From Negaprion brevirostris (lineage: Eukaryota), in the NCBI GenBank assembly GCA_030324005.1, contig JARDVH010000132.1, positions 66,669,491 through 66,733,490 of the forward strand: 64,000 nt of DNA, in the 5' to 3' direction. Of the stretch, positions 63,979-64,000 are shown piece after piece. Within the stretch, counting starts at the first letter, position 1; the number at the start of each line of letters is the position of its first letter. The notes below the pieces were generated by a model. That model saw only the letters and a list, made by a program, of their open reading frames with translations. It had not been told where the DNA came from and made no database searches. The translations under genes and the position numbers were made by a program.

Positions 63979-64000
63979 GTAAGTTTACAATTTTGTTTTG

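Noticed and set aside
1-64000. CRISPR arrays, operons or prokaryotic systems
   Set aside because: The window is spliceosomal-intron-containing vertebrate DNA with no regularly spaced repeat-spacer array.

Overview
Vertebrate genomic DNA from a gapped draft assembly, most likely a shark (elasmobranch) judging by HE1-like SINEs, CR1 tails and protein sequences. Positions 1-13.3 kb are repeat-rich upstream DNA (tRNA-derived SINEs, CR1/L2/RTE LINE fragments, a Penelope-like element with a minimal hammerhead ribozyme motif). From about 16.1 kb to the window end lies COL1A2 (pro-alpha2(I) collagen) on the + strand. It has a CCAAT/TATA promoter, the collagen 5' stem-loop with its uORF, ATG at 16333, and exons 1-44 (human numbering) traced by splice sites and Gly-X-Y frame. 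The gene continues past the window. Three anomalies stand out. (1) There are two intact, highly divergent 54-nt versions of helical exon 24 separated by only 40 nt, a candidate mutually exclusive exon pair in the triple helix. (2) A complete first coding exon of the calcium-sensing receptor (CASR), with its splice sites, sits inside COL1A2 intron 15 between two near-identical CR1 tails and next to a gap; it is either a real inserted duplicate or a misassembly. (3) Exons 13-14 are absent and probably lie in a 100-N gap. Repeat boundaries are approximate, and comparisons with human or dogfish sequences are from memory, not from a search.
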